Assembly: GCA_027858345.1 (NCBI GenBank)
Contig: JAQICX010000182.1
Span: 273-64,272 of the forward strand
Origin: Kiritimatiellia bacterium
Lineage (GTDB): Bacteria > Verrucomicrobiota > Kiritimatiellia > JAQICX01
DNA: 64,000 nt
Reading direction: 5' to 3'
The position numbers were made by a program, and so were the translations under genes. A model generated the notes under the pieces. That model made no database searches. It worked only from the letters and a program-made list of their open reading frames with translations, and was not told the origin of the DNA. Shown one piece after another: positions 1-9,735 of the stretch (within the stretch, counting starts at the first letter, position 1; each line of letters starts with the position of its first letter).

Positions 1-2289
1 TGCAGACAACTCAGCTATTACAAACAGACCATATATCAAATAGAATGCATAAAAATAGTTCATAAAGAACATATGCCTGAAATCAGCATTACCCCACTGA
101 AGGTATAGAACCATATGCAATGCGGTGCAGAAAAAGATTGCACGCCCACCAAAGTTGCGGAAGAAAGCGACGACAACACCAATAGCAGCAATGACAAGTA
201 ACGGAAAAGAGAAAAACTTAATGTTTTTATATAGACCAATATAATTGCGAATTGTATCGTGAGAGTTACCTGGATTCATTCCCTGACCATAGCCCTCTTT
301 TGAAAACTCAGCTGTTGCTCTTATTGTTTGTAAGCTTACAAATGGATTTCCAGTGCCTTGAAAATTTTGAATCAACAAAGGTGCAACACCAACTAAAAAT
401 GAAATTATAGCAAGAGAAACAACCATAAGCTTATCTTTTCTATGCCAAAACTTCTTTTCAATGATAACAGCAAAACCAATTGCCAGTGAATATACAATAT
501 TTGCCTCTTTAACAGAACATGAATAGCCTAGCAGGAAACCTGCTAAAATGACCCAAAAGATTTTACCACCATTAATCAGCTTAATAACCGCAAAAAGTCC
601 AAAAAGAATTAATGTGTAAAAGAGAGCCTCTCGCCATGGATAAGAAAACTGATTGAATGTATCGGGATTTAATAGAACAACAAAAAGAGTCGATAATCCC
701 GCGAAAATTGAGCCGTTAACTCCATTTTTGTATATTTCTTTTATACATAAAAAACAGGCAACCAGCGAGGCATATAGAAGCAACAGATTGGCGTGTAACA
801 TCAAACATGTCCCTCCCAAAATGAACATCAAAGCAAGAAAAAGTGGATAGCCACAAGCAACAGTGCATGCAATTGTTCCATCCTTGAGAATATGAGTATT
901 CCACACAATGCCGGGATGCACTTCTCCTGTAACACTATTCGCCCCAATAAAATCCCACATGGCACCTCTAAAATTAAAATTTCCGTCAGCAATTGATCTT
1001 GCAAAAGTTGTGTATGTATATGAGTCAGCGTTAATGGTTCCATAGTGGTTCACCCACAGTGGATATGCAATTTTTAAGGCTCCGGCAATCAGCAAAATGC
1101 CAATCAGAGTTTTGAACAAAAAATTAAACGGTTTTTTTTGTTTATCGGATGATTTTAGCGATTCGAACATAGATGTTTCGTATTCCTTGGTAATAACAGA
1201 CCACGATAGTTCATCTTTCGCTCTTTGTGCTCCAGCACCGGCAAGAGAACAACGCAGCTCATCATCCTTAAGCAATTTTTCTGCAGCATCAATCATTGCA
1301 GGATAGTCTTCAACATCAACTAGCAATCCTGTTTTTCCATCTAATACAGCTTCTGGAATTCCACCAATCTTTGTTGCCAGAGAGGCAGCCCCTCCAAGAG
1401 CTGCTTCAGAAAAAACAATGCCGAACCCCTCCACATCGCCAGGAACATCTAGACAAGGCAGTGTAAATATATCACAATGATAATATAGTTTAGTCAAATC
1501 ATTGTTGGAAACTTTGCCGAGAAGGAACACGTTGTTGTTGAGATTTAACTCATCAATCTTAGCCTGTATCTTATCCTTAAGACGATCTTTGTGTGCCAGT
1601 GACTTTGTTGCATCCTCGCCCACCACCAAATATGCCACATCTGGATAGCGTTTGACAAGCTCAGGCATAACATTCTCAACAAATTCAAGAACACCTTTGC
1701 GTTTAATCAATCTTCCAACAGAAAGTATAATTTTTTTACCTTTAACCTGCTTGAAAATTTCTTCACACCCAGTCGGAGGTTCTTCTTCATATAATTCAGA
1801 ACAAACTCCTGGATAAATGACATCAATACGAGACTCTTTACACCCAGCTGCAATAAGAAGCCTTTTTGTGTTTTCACTGTTAGCAGCAAGACGAGATGCA
1901 TGTTTGACTAAAAACCTTACACAAAACTGGTATAATTTGCCTCCATATAATATATCACTACCATGCATTAGTAAAAGATATGGAATTCGAAAAATAAGCG
2001 AAGAGACAAAAGCAGCCGGTGCGGTAACAATACTACCACATAAGATTACATCAGGACGTTCTTTTAGGCAAAACTTGAATGATGCAAAAAAGGAATATAT
2101 CACATAAGACTTCAACCCGGCCTTTTTACATCTATATACGTTGCTGTCTTCTTCAACGTCATCACAGTGTGATGTAATTGCAGAAACACTATGACCAAGT
2201 TTCTTTAAACCCTTGTAAAGATGCTCAACAACATATTCTATACCTCCTAAAACAGGAGGGAAATTCCAAGAAAGAAACAAAACTTTCAT
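1..2289 (-). CDS. Glycosyltransferase family 4 (GT-B fold) N-terminal domain fused in frame to a C-terminal polytopic membrane domain (ArnT/PMT- or O-antigen-ligase-like); C-terminus runs off the window start
   Basis: Manual minus-strand translation from ATG at 2289: MKVLFLSWNFPPVLGGIEYVVEHL...EGFGIVFSEAALGG... (GT4 motifs), continuing without a stop through ...EYETSMFESLKSSDKQKKPFNFLFKTLIGILLIAG... into many hydrophobic segments down to position 1. Absent from ORF track because it touches the window edge. Start adjacent to the upstream GT2 stop (operon). Confidence 0.6.
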   Translation of the reverse strand, partial: MKVLFLSWNFPPVLGGIEYVVEHLYKGLKKLGHSVSAITSHCDDVEEDSNVYRCKKAGLKSYVIYSFFASFKFCLKERPDVILCGSIVTAPAAFVSSLIFRIPYLLLMHGSDILYGGKLYQFCVRFLVKHASRLAANSENTKRLLIAAGCKESRIDVIYPGVCSELYEEEPPTGCEEIFKQVKGKKIILSVGRLIKRKGVLEFVENVMPELVKRYPDVAYLVVGEDATKSLAHKDRLKDKIQAKIDELNLNNNVFLLGKVSNNDLTKLYYHCDIFTLPCLDVPGDVEGFGIVFSEAALGGAASLATKIGGIPEAVLDGKTGLLVDVEDYPAMIDAAEKLLKDDELRCSLAGAGAQRAKDELSWSVITKEYETSMFESLKSSDKQKKPFNFLFKTLIGILLIAGALKIAYPLWVNHYGTINADSYTYTTFARSIADGNFNFRGAMWDFIGANSVTGEVHPGIVWNTHILKDGTIACTVACGYPLFLALMFILGGTCLMLHANLLLLYASLVACFLCIKEIYKNGVNGSIFAGLSTLFVVLLNPDTFNQFSYPWREALFYTLILFGLFAVIKLINGGKIFWVILAGFLLGYSCSVKEANIVYSLAIGFAVIIEKKFWHRKDKLMVVSLAIISFLVGVAPLLIQNFQGTGNPFVSLQTIRATAEFSKEGYGQGMNPGNSHDTIRNYIGLYKNIKFFSFPLLVIAAIGVVVAFFRNFGGRAIFFCTALHMVLYLQWGNADFRHMFFMNYFYAFYLIYGLFVIAELSA

Positions 2290-2300
2290 ATACCCTAAAC

Positions 2301-3266
2301 CTAGCTGTTTTTATTAAGCGAATACTCTATTTTTTTTACTCTAAAAAGAGTTTCATCCTGTGCTACTCTAATTCTATCAAGCATATCGGCAACCATACCA
2401 ATAAAGAATAGAGAAAATGCACCAATCAAAAATAGTAAACCAGTAACTCCAGACCACTTGTGAGGAGTGAACATACCTGTAGTTACCTTAACAAACATTA
2501 GAAAACTAAAAAATCCTACTGCTAATACAAATGATATAAAAGATAGTATACCAAAGAATTTTAAAGGTTTATAATCTCGGTATGTCTTCAATATTATTGT
2601 TGCAGCTCTCCAACCATAGTTGAATAGGTTTGATGCAACGCGTGACTTACCGTGTTCACGAACCCCACGAATTTTCACAGGAACTTCTTCAATTCGAAGT
2701 CTATTAAAAGCCAGTGTTAAAAAAGTTTCATGCGTATAAGTGAAGTCTCCTAACAGCAGCAGTCTTAAATATGCATCGCGCGAGTAAGCTCTAAAACCAC
2801 AGGACACATCAAAAAATTTCTTTTTAATCATAGAACTGAGCCAGTGAGCAATCATATCGTTACCAAAGCGTTTTGCTTTCGGCATGACCGGAGCCAATTC
2901 ATTGTCCATAAATCTGGATGCAGTAACAAAGTCTGCATTTCCGTCTATGATGGGTGCAATGACTTTTGAGATGTCATTTGGATCAAACTGACCATCTGCA
3001 TCAATTGTCACAATAATATCCGCATTTAGTTTACTGGACTCTGACACCCCTGTTCTAAATGCAAAACCAACACCTTTGCAAGTTTCATGTGAAACAACAA
3101 TAGCACCAGCTTCTCTAGCCAACTCAGCAGTTCTATCTGTAGAACCATCATCGACAACCAAAACCTGTACTTCTGTAATACCCGCAAAATCCTTTGGAAT
3201 TCTACTTATAACATCTGCAATTGTAATCTCTTCATTAAGAGCAGGGATCTGAACAACCAACTTCAT
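2301..3266 (-). CDS. Glycosyltransferase family 2 (Dpm1/ArnC-like polyprenyl-phosphate sugar transferase) with C-terminal TM helices
   Basis: 321 aa ORF; N-terminal GT-A signature (VVQIPALNEE..., VLVVDDGSTDRT, DADGQ) and two C-terminal hydrophobic helices typical of ArnC/DPM1-like enzymes. Confidence 0.85.
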   Translation of the reverse strand: MKLVVQIPALNEEITIADVISRIPKDFAGITEVQVLVVDDGSTDRTAELAREAGAIVVSHETCKGVGFAFRTGVSESSKLNADIIVTIDADGQFDPNDISKVIAPIIDGNADFVTASRFMDNELAPVMPKAKRFGNDMIAHWLSSMIKKKFFDVSCGFRAYSRDAYLRLLLLGDFTYTHETFLTLAFNRLRIEEVPVKIRGVREHGKSRVASNLFNYGWRAATIILKTYRDYKPLKFFGILSFISFVLAVGFFSFLMFVKVTTGMFTPHKWSGVTGLLFLIGAFSLFFIGMVADMLDRIRVAQDETLFRVKKIEYSLNKNS

Positions 3267-3273
3267 TCTATAT

Positions 3274-3636
3274 TTATTCCTCTAACCATTCCCAAGCTTC
3301 ATCAAGTTCATCTGCATCAAAACACTTGATTTCAAATGTTAAAAACATCGAGAACATCTTTACTCCCGCAGTCACATATGCCGGACCTCCAACAAGAGCA
3401 ATTTTTTCAAAGGATTTACAATGCTTAAAGCCGAACTTTGCATCATCAACAATAGCTTGTGTTTCCCAGCCTTTAAACTCATCATCCATATAAAGCAAGG
3501 CAGAAACTTTACCATATTCACTAATAAGCTTATCTAATGCAGGCACCCAGATTTCTTCATAATCTTTTGCCGTTAACTTTCCAGATGCCTCAACACCTAG
3601 AACACTATCATGACTTTTTTCTAATATATTAATCAT
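3274..3636 (-). CDS. SpoIIAA-like / STAS-fold small protein (DUF3478-type)
   Basis: 120 aa; pattern ...SGKLTAKDYEE...KFGFKHCKSFEKIALVGGPAYV...AWEWL resembles PF11964 family; recognised by memory only. Confidence 0.45.
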   Translation of the reverse strand: MINILEKSHDSVLGVEASGKLTAKDYEEIWVPALDKLISEYGKVSALLYMDDEFKGWETQAIVDDAKFGFKHCKSFEKIALVGGPAYVTAGVKMFSMFLTFEIKCFDADELDEAWEWLEE

Positions 3637-3800
3637 TTTACTAACCTTTCTTTTTATAATCCAACACTTTTAACAAGGATTTTCACATTAAAACCTTGTA
3701 AGATATGCCACAAATCAGCTAAACACTTTTAAACAATAATATTAAAACACAAACAAATCAAGCAAAAGAACAGAAAAATAGTTATATATTTGTCAACAAC

Positions 3801-4676
3801 TTAAAACAGCAATAATTCTGGTTGCTTTAACTCTTTCACAAACCCATGAAATTCATATGTTTCATAGAACTGAACTAACTCATTAAAACCAGGATGCCTT
3901 ATTTTAAAATCAGAAGCAGAAATCTCACCAATATCAACTAAATAATCTAAGCTGACAAGTTTTATATTTCTGCTTATAATTTCCTCAGCGCTCTGGATTT
4001 TCTCTTGCAATTTTGGGTTTTCAATCTTTGCCAAGCAATCTTCAAAAGGTTCAAGACTGCCCACATCATTAAGAACTTTTGTTGCTGTTTTGTGTCCAAC
4101 ACCTTGAACACCTGCAATGTTATCTGCATTATCTCCAATTAATGCAAGCCAGTCCACAACCTGCTCTGGATAAACCCCCGTCTTGTCTTTAACCTCTTGA
4201 GCCCCCATCTTTATTGGAAGACCTGCAACAGAAACCATTTTGATGTTATCAGATATCATCTGCATCATATCTTTATCACCCGTGGCAACCAAAATTTCAT
4301 CGTACTCGTTCTTTAAACGTTTTCCAAGGGTTGCAATCACATCATCAGCTTCCTGCATATCAATTTTCATAGTGCATATATTTGAAACTTTTAGAAATTC
4401 ATTAAGTGGTTCAAACTGCGCTCTTAACTCATCAGGCATTGGAGGTCTTTGGGCTTTATACTCAGGTAAAAGCTCCATTCTTTTCTTCGGTAGGCCACCA
4501 TCAAACACAACAATTAAGTCACTTGGTTGCCAATCCTTAATAGAACGGTTTAGCATCTTAATAAAACCATATAAAGCATTCGTAGCTAAACCATCGCTCC
4601 GCTTTATATTTTTAATTGCATAAAACGCTCTATAAAAATATGCCATTCCATCTATGATTAAAAGTTTTCCTGCCAT
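3801..4676 (-). CDS. 5'-3' exonuclease (FEN family, Pol I N-terminal-domain homolog; ExoIX/YpcP-like stand-alone flap endonuclease)
   Basis: 291 aa; LLIIDGMAYFYRAFYA...TNALYGF...DLIVVFDGG...GDKDMMQ...IPGV.GVG.KTA motifs of 5'-3' exonuclease domain; no polymerase domain follows. Confidence 0.8.
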   Translation of the reverse strand: MAGKLLIIDGMAYFYRAFYAIKNIKRSDGLATNALYGFIKMLNRSIKDWQPSDLIVVFDGGLPKKRMELLPEYKAQRPPMPDELRAQFEPLNEFLKVSNICTMKIDMQEADDVIATLGKRLKNEYDEILVATGDKDMMQMISDNIKMVSVAGLPIKMGAQEVKDKTGVYPEQVVDWLALIGDNADNIAGVQGVGHKTATKVLNDVGSLEPFEDCLAKIENPKLQEKIQSAEEIISRNIKLVSLDYLVDIGEISASDFKIRHPGFNELVQFYETYEFHGFVKELKQPELLLF

Positions 4677-4754
4677 CTTGTCTCCTTCTTAAATCTTATG
4701 GGCATAAAAAAAGTACGACAACAATGCCGTGCTCTTTTTAAATAAGAATATCAA

Positions 4755-7520
4755 TTATTGATTAGCCTGATCTGCTTCTTCCTGAAGCTTATCAGCAATC
4801 AAATCTGCACTTGAATCTTCAACTGGACGACCAGCTGGGTCAACAAGTCTTGCTGTAACAAAAATCAACAAGTTACGTTTTTCACTTTGGCTTGTTTTGC
4901 TCTGAAAGAATTTTCCAATAATAGGTATATCACCTAAAAGAGGAATCTTATCAATTGTGTCAACACGCTTTTCTGTAATCATACCACCCATTACAACAGT
5001 TGCACCATTATAAATTGAAATACTTGTCTGAACTAGTCTTGTGTGGAAGAAAGGTTGCTCCATATTAAGCTGTTGGACATTTCCTTCCTGATCTGTATAT
5101 GTAGTACCATAGTTTTTCCAATCAGGCTCTGTAACAACTTCTGGAGTCATATTTAGAGTAATCATTTGACCTTCAGGACTAACGTCTGGTTGAACAGTAA
5201 GAATCACACCAACTTCACGCATTTGAAAATCCTGAGGTTCAACGATACCACCAATGATAACCGCAGTATCATTAATAGCAGTCTGCCCTGTAACAGGAGT
5301 AACCGTATATGCAGTTGGATAAATATATTCTGTGACAACTTTAATTGTTGCTTCTTGACCTGTCTGAGTTGTAACCTTTGGAGATGACAGCAAATCAGCA
5401 TGACCTTTTTGCTCCAATGCATGAATAACAAGTCCAAGTTCCGGGTTTGTAAGAATACCAGCAATTGAAAGAACAGAGTCAGCAACGTTTGCAGCATCTG
5501 CAGTAACAACGTCAGACATAAATCTGTTACCAGTTGTAAAACCACCTGATGCACTATTAGCAGCAATATCTACTCTTGGCGCAGCTCCTGGAGCATAATT
5601 GCCATTCTTTGATGCAAGAGTGAAGTCATCATTAAGGAACCATTCAAATCCTAGAGAGTTCATATCCTTTTCATTTACTTCAACAAAACGAGCTTCAATT
5701 TCAATCTGGTTAGGGACAACATTTAGTTCATTAAGAATTCCTTCAAAATCTATTAAGTTATCTTCTGTGTTTGCAACAACAATTTTACCAATTGATCTGA
5801 TGTATTGAATTTGAGAACCAACAGGCCATTTAACTCCCATCTTCGTGAAAAACTCTTTCCAAGGAACAGCAGTTGCCTCCGTACCACCTGCATCACCAAA
5901 ACCAAAACCATCCCCAACTCCACCTGCATTCATTGACAACTCATTGCCAACTGATGGAATTTTATCTTCAACAGATGGTAGAACATCATATGTCTTAACA
6001 ATAATCTTGCCATCAGGAGCATCCGCTGGAACAATCATAACAACAGAACCATCAATTCTGTATTTCAATTTAGAAATTTCTGTAACAATATTTAAAGCCT
6101 CTAGCAATGATATGTATCTTGAACTAAATGTAATAGATTGTTGACCACTTGAATCTGCAACCGCTGTGGTTGGAATTGAGAACGGATCTGGCTCACTTGT
6201 CGTTGCAACAGGCTCGGCATCAGCACCAAGATTAAGAATTATATTTACACCTTTTTCTTCTTGAGGAGAATCTGATGTGTCATAGTCAATAGATGCTCGT
6301 TGTAAAAAGTCAATAACATCAACAATATTTGCCTGACGGAAATTTAACTCAGGTATAATAATGCTTTTCATTTTTTCTGCAATACGAACCTTTTTGTCGT
6401 CTGATATTAATATAGGCTTAGTATTCCGCATTTTATCGGTAGCGCCCTTGTTTACAGCAACATAGCTATCAGGACTCCATTTGTCTCTAACTTCAGCCAT
6501 CATATTAGCACGAGTTGCTTCTGCTTCTTTTGTATTAATTGTGTACTTGTTTCTACCACAAGTTTCTAATAATTTGATTGCATCACGATTATATGGTTCA
6601 AGAGCTAAAACACCCTCAAGCATTAGAACTGCTTCATCGTAATTACCAACAGCCATATACTGTTTTGCTTTCACAAGAAATAGATTTACATCTGTTTGAA
6701 GATCTTTGTAACTATTCTTCTGCCATTCAAGATTTGAATCTTTTTGTTCGACAACAGGAGGTGATTCTTGATACTCAACACATTTTTTTACAAGAGCAGG
6801 AGCTTTGCGGTAACCATACTGAGCTGATTCACGAGCATTGTTTTCTGCAATCTGATAATCACCCTGCTCCATAAGAATAAGTGCTCTCGCATAATATGTT
6901 TCGCCAAGCCTATTTGGAATCTGGTCTTTATAAACTCTAGCTTCTGTACTATTGTTCAAATATTTATTAGCTTCTTTATAAAGACGAATTGCTTGTGCAT
7001 ATCTTTCATTCTTATATGACTCTTCGGCTTCTTTAAAAGTTTTGATACCAAATAATGTTTCAGCCTCTTTTTTGTTGATTTCAAGCTGAATCATTGTGTT
7101 GATATCTGTTTCATCATTTGCAACAGTTGATACAACAGGCTTAACAGGCTCAGCTGTTACATCTGTAGCAAGATCACCAAAGCTGTTCATTGCTGCTAAC
7201 TCCTCTTCAGGTTCAACAGCAACTTCATCAGCAGTGGTTTCCGGCATGGTTTCTGCTTCATCAATATCCATTGTGACTTCTGGTTCGTCAAGATCAAGAA
7301 GATCGCTCACATCAGAAGAGCCGCCGGATCCAGGACTGTTAACTGTGACATCAACACTTGCATTCGTATCCGCTTTGTTCTCAACAGCAACAGGGCTGAC
7401 AGGTTCATCAAGCAACAAGTCTTCATCAAGCAAGAACTCATCATCTTGTGCAACAAGACCTTGAAAAGTTAATGCCGAACATACAACAGCTGTCAACATA
7501 AATATATTTTTCTTTGTCAT
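4755..7520 (-). CDS. Secretin (GspD/PilQ family outer-membrane channel) with signal peptide, long acidic N-terminal region and TPR-like segment
   Basis: 921 aa; signal peptide MTKKNIFMLTAVVCSALTFQGLVAQ; C-terminal secretin signature ...KIPLLGDIPIIGKFFQSKTSQSEKRNLLIFVTARLV. Confidence 0.8.
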   Translation of the reverse strand: MTKKNIFMLTAVVCSALTFQGLVAQDDEFLLDEDLLLDEPVSPVAVENKADTNASVDVTVNSPGSGGSSDVSDLLDLDEPEVTMDIDEAETMPETTADEVAVEPEEELAAMNSFGDLATDVTAEPVKPVVSTVANDETDINTMIQLEINKKEAETLFGIKTFKEAEESYKNERYAQAIRLYKEANKYLNNSTEARVYKDQIPNRLGETYYARALILMEQGDYQIAENNARESAQYGYRKAPALVKKCVEYQESPPVVEQKDSNLEWQKNSYKDLQTDVNLFLVKAKQYMAVGNYDEAVLMLEGVLALEPYNRDAIKLLETCGRNKYTINTKEAEATRANMMAEVRDKWSPDSYVAVNKGATDKMRNTKPILISDDKKVRIAEKMKSIIIPELNFRQANIVDVIDFLQRASIDYDTSDSPQEEKGVNIILNLGADAEPVATTSEPDPFSIPTTAVADSSGQQSITFSSRYISLLEALNIVTEISKLKYRIDGSVVMIVPADAPDGKIIVKTYDVLPSVEDKIPSVGNELSMNAGGVGDGFGFGDAGGTEATAVPWKEFFTKMGVKWPVGSQIQYIRSIGKIVVANTEDNLIDFEGILNELNVVPNQIEIEARFVEVNEKDMNSLGFEWFLNDDFTLASKNGNYAPGAAPRVDIAANSASGGFTTGNRFMSDVVTADAANVADSVLSIAGILTNPELGLVIHALEQKGHADLLSSPKVTTQTGQEATIKVVTEYIYPTAYTVTPVTGQTAINDTAVIIGGIVEPQDFQMREVGVILTVQPDVSPEGQMITLNMTPEVVTEPDWKNYGTTYTDQEGNVQQLNMEQPFFHTRLVQTSISIYNGATVVMGGMITEKRVDTIDKIPLLGDIPIIGKFFQSKTSQSEKRNLLIFVTARLVDPAGRPVEDSSADLIADKLQEEADQANQ

Positions 7521-7686
7521 AAAGATATAATCTCCATTTCTTCATTCTTTATTAAATGGGCAATGTTTCAAATCAAAACAAAATAACCCTATAACCTGTC
7601 ATTACAACAGGTGTTCAATCATAACTAACTGTTTATTATCAAGGACTTACAAATATTCCAAGATAAAAATCCTCTAAAAACTCTAT

Positions 7687-8703
7687 TTATTTCCCTTCAA
7701 AAACAAGGACTTCATCGTCATCAATGCGCTTTATTACTATATTTTGACCCGAGTTGTCAACATGAATAAACTGATATGGCTTATTTTTTAGCTTAAATGT
7801 ATCACCAGCACGTAATTTGAATTCTTCACCTGTGATGTTAAACTTAAGGGTTACAGTGTATTCTTTATACGCAGTACCTTTACCTTCGATAAGATCAATT
7901 TTTTTCCCGGAAGGAGATATCAAACGCAAAACATCTTTATCTCGCTCTCCCTCATTCTGAGCTTTTGCAGCACCTTTTCCAAAATTTGACAGTGTGAACC
8001 CTTCAACCTTTTCCCCGAGTTTCTTAAAATGAGTTCTATCACCATTCTTTAGATTTATCTGGAACATTCTAGATTTATCTGGTAGCAACGATGAACCTTT
8101 AAACAATAGATTAAATGGGTCAGCAACCACTGAAACAACTTTCAATTCTGTGTCTGGTGGTGGATAACTATTTGGATCCGATAGACTCGTATTTGACTTA
8201 AACTCAACAATGTTTGAGAATCCATCACCATCTGCATCAGCCATTGAATCATCAAGACGATGGTTTAAACCATGCTCTTTTTCATACATATCAGGTATTC
8301 CATCCTTGTCTCCATCATATTTTTCGTCAAGTGATCTAAGTGGTGGCTGTACTGTTTGACAAAAAGGACATTTCTTTGCAAAGTATGCTATTGGTATTTT
8401 GCAGTCAATACAAACAACTCTTGACTCTGGAACAAACATAGCAACATTTGTCCAACCTGGATCAGCTAAATTTAACTGATACGGATTTGTAATCTCTGCT
8501 ATTGTGTCCTCGTACTGAGAAACATCTAAAACAGATGCATTAGGGTTAGCCTTGGTGTAAGAAACAATCTCGTTTTCAACTTCAGCCATATCTTTAACAC
8601 CCTGCCCAACATTTATATATAGGTAGGCAGCTGTTGCCAACAAAGCAATAACCACCAATATTAAAATAATTTTATCATAAGAACTTTTTATCATAGAAAT
8701 CAT
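7687..8703 (-). CDS. Membrane-anchored hypothetical protein with CxxC...CxxC zinc ribbon and thrombospondin-type-3-like Ca-binding repeats (DGDKDGIPD, DADGDGFSN); pilus/secretion-cluster associated
   Basis: 338 aa; N-terminal TM helix; CIDCKIPIAYFAKKCPFC; acidic D-x-D-G-D repeats; sits between secretin and PilMN genes. Confidence 0.6.
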   Translation of the reverse strand: MISMIKSSYDKIILILVVIALLATAAYLYINVGQGVKDMAEVENEIVSYTKANPNASVLDVSQYEDTIAEITNPYQLNLADPGWTNVAMFVPESRVVCIDCKIPIAYFAKKCPFCQTVQPPLRSLDEKYDGDKDGIPDMYEKEHGLNHRLDDSMADADGDGFSNIVEFKSNTSLSDPNSYPPPDTELKVVSVVADPFNLLFKGSSLLPDKSRMFQINLKNGDRTHFKKLGEKVEGFTLSNFGKGAAKAQNEGERDKDVLRLISPSGKKIDLIEGKGTAYKEYTVTLKFNITGEEFKLRAGDTFKLKNKPYQFIHVDNSGQNIVIKRIDDDEVLVFEGK

Positions 8704-8714
8704 AATGCAGCACT

Positions 8715-9722
8715 CTACTTATCTTCTTGGTTATATGTTTTATCAAATCTGTAAACTTCAATACCAATTGTTACTTCCATTGGCACCTCCAACTCTAAAC
8801 CAGAAACTAATCTTTCTGGACGGGATAGCTCCTTCAGTGTAACACCATCAGCCAAGGCCTTTGCTTCAATCGTTGATGAAGGTAAGATTCCATTGTTAGG
8901 CTTTATAAATTTAACTGTTGAAACTCGAAGGAACATCTTTTCCTTTGAAATATTGTTCAAAATTTCTAAAGCACTCTGCATCTTTGCCTTAATCACGAAT
9001 TCAAAGTACATTTTTCCAAAAATTTCATTTCGAACAATCCTGCCTGTTTCAGGGTTTGTCATCCCCTGAACACTGTTAGCTTTTGGAGTAGGCTCACCTC
9101 CACGACTATTTCTTCCACGACGGCTGCTACGAGATCTACTGTCTGTTTCTTCCTCTTCAGTATCTGAAGTGCTGTTAACTTGAGACCCCTCAAAGAGCTC
9201 TCTTTTAATTGCTATAATCTCTTGTGGCTTAGCCTCACAAAATATAGTAACCAATCGTTCCACAAGAAACAGTTGCTGACCAAGTCTTCCAACATCTCTA
9301 GGTGCAGGAAGAGCATTGGCCTCAAAATACTTTTTGAAACCAAGATCAAACTCAGCTGGCATCTTAACATTATTCTCTCTTATAAGAGCAAACATCTCTG
9401 TTCTTTTCTCACCTAAAGTGGACATAAATGCTGATGGACTCTTCTGTACCGGCTCAACTTGTTGAGCAGCCAAGTTATTTAAAATGTCGTCAAACCATTT
9501 CTGAAGTTCTACATCATGTTCCTTGTATACATCAATATTCTCTTCTGTTGGAAACGGGTTGCTATCTTCATAAATTCTTTTGATTGAATCTTTAGCCCCG
9601 GTCATCTCCGACATTGCTTCATTGTAACCTAAAAAACCTAAAACAAGCATTGTGCCTGATCCAATAAGCATTAATGCACCAACCGCTATGGCGACCCACA
9701 AAACTATTTTTCCTGATTTCAT
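8715..9722 (-). CDS. Membrane-anchored hypothetical protein of the T4P-like cluster; positional and size equivalent of Akkermansia Amuc_1100-type pili-like protein
   Basis: 335 aa; N-terminal TM; charged low-complexity middle; gene order secretin-X-Y-PilM-Z matches Amuc_1098-1102 locus (recalled from literature, not verified by alignment). Confidence 0.55.
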   Translation of the reverse strand: MKSGKIVLWVAIAVGALMLIGSGTMLVLGFLGYNEAMSEMTGAKDSIKRIYEDSNPFPTEENIDVYKEHDVELQKWFDDILNNLAAQQVEPVQKSPSAFMSTLGEKRTEMFALIRENNVKMPAEFDLGFKKYFEANALPAPRDVGRLGQQLFLVERLVTIFCEAKPQEIIAIKRELFEGSQVNSTSDTEEEETDSRSRSSRRGRNSRGGEPTPKANSVQGMTNPETGRIVRNEIFGKMYFEFVIKAKMQSALEILNNISKEKMFLRVSTVKFIKPNNGILPSSTIEAKALADGVTLKELSRPERLVSGLELEVPMEVTIGIEVYRFDKTYNQEDK

Positions 9723-9735
9723 AATAAATCCTACC

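Noticed and set aside
3670-3705. Hairpin AACAAGG-n15-CCTTGT between exonuclease and STAS genes as terminator
   Set aside because: No U-run on the relevant (minus) strand after the stem and the loop is long; weak.
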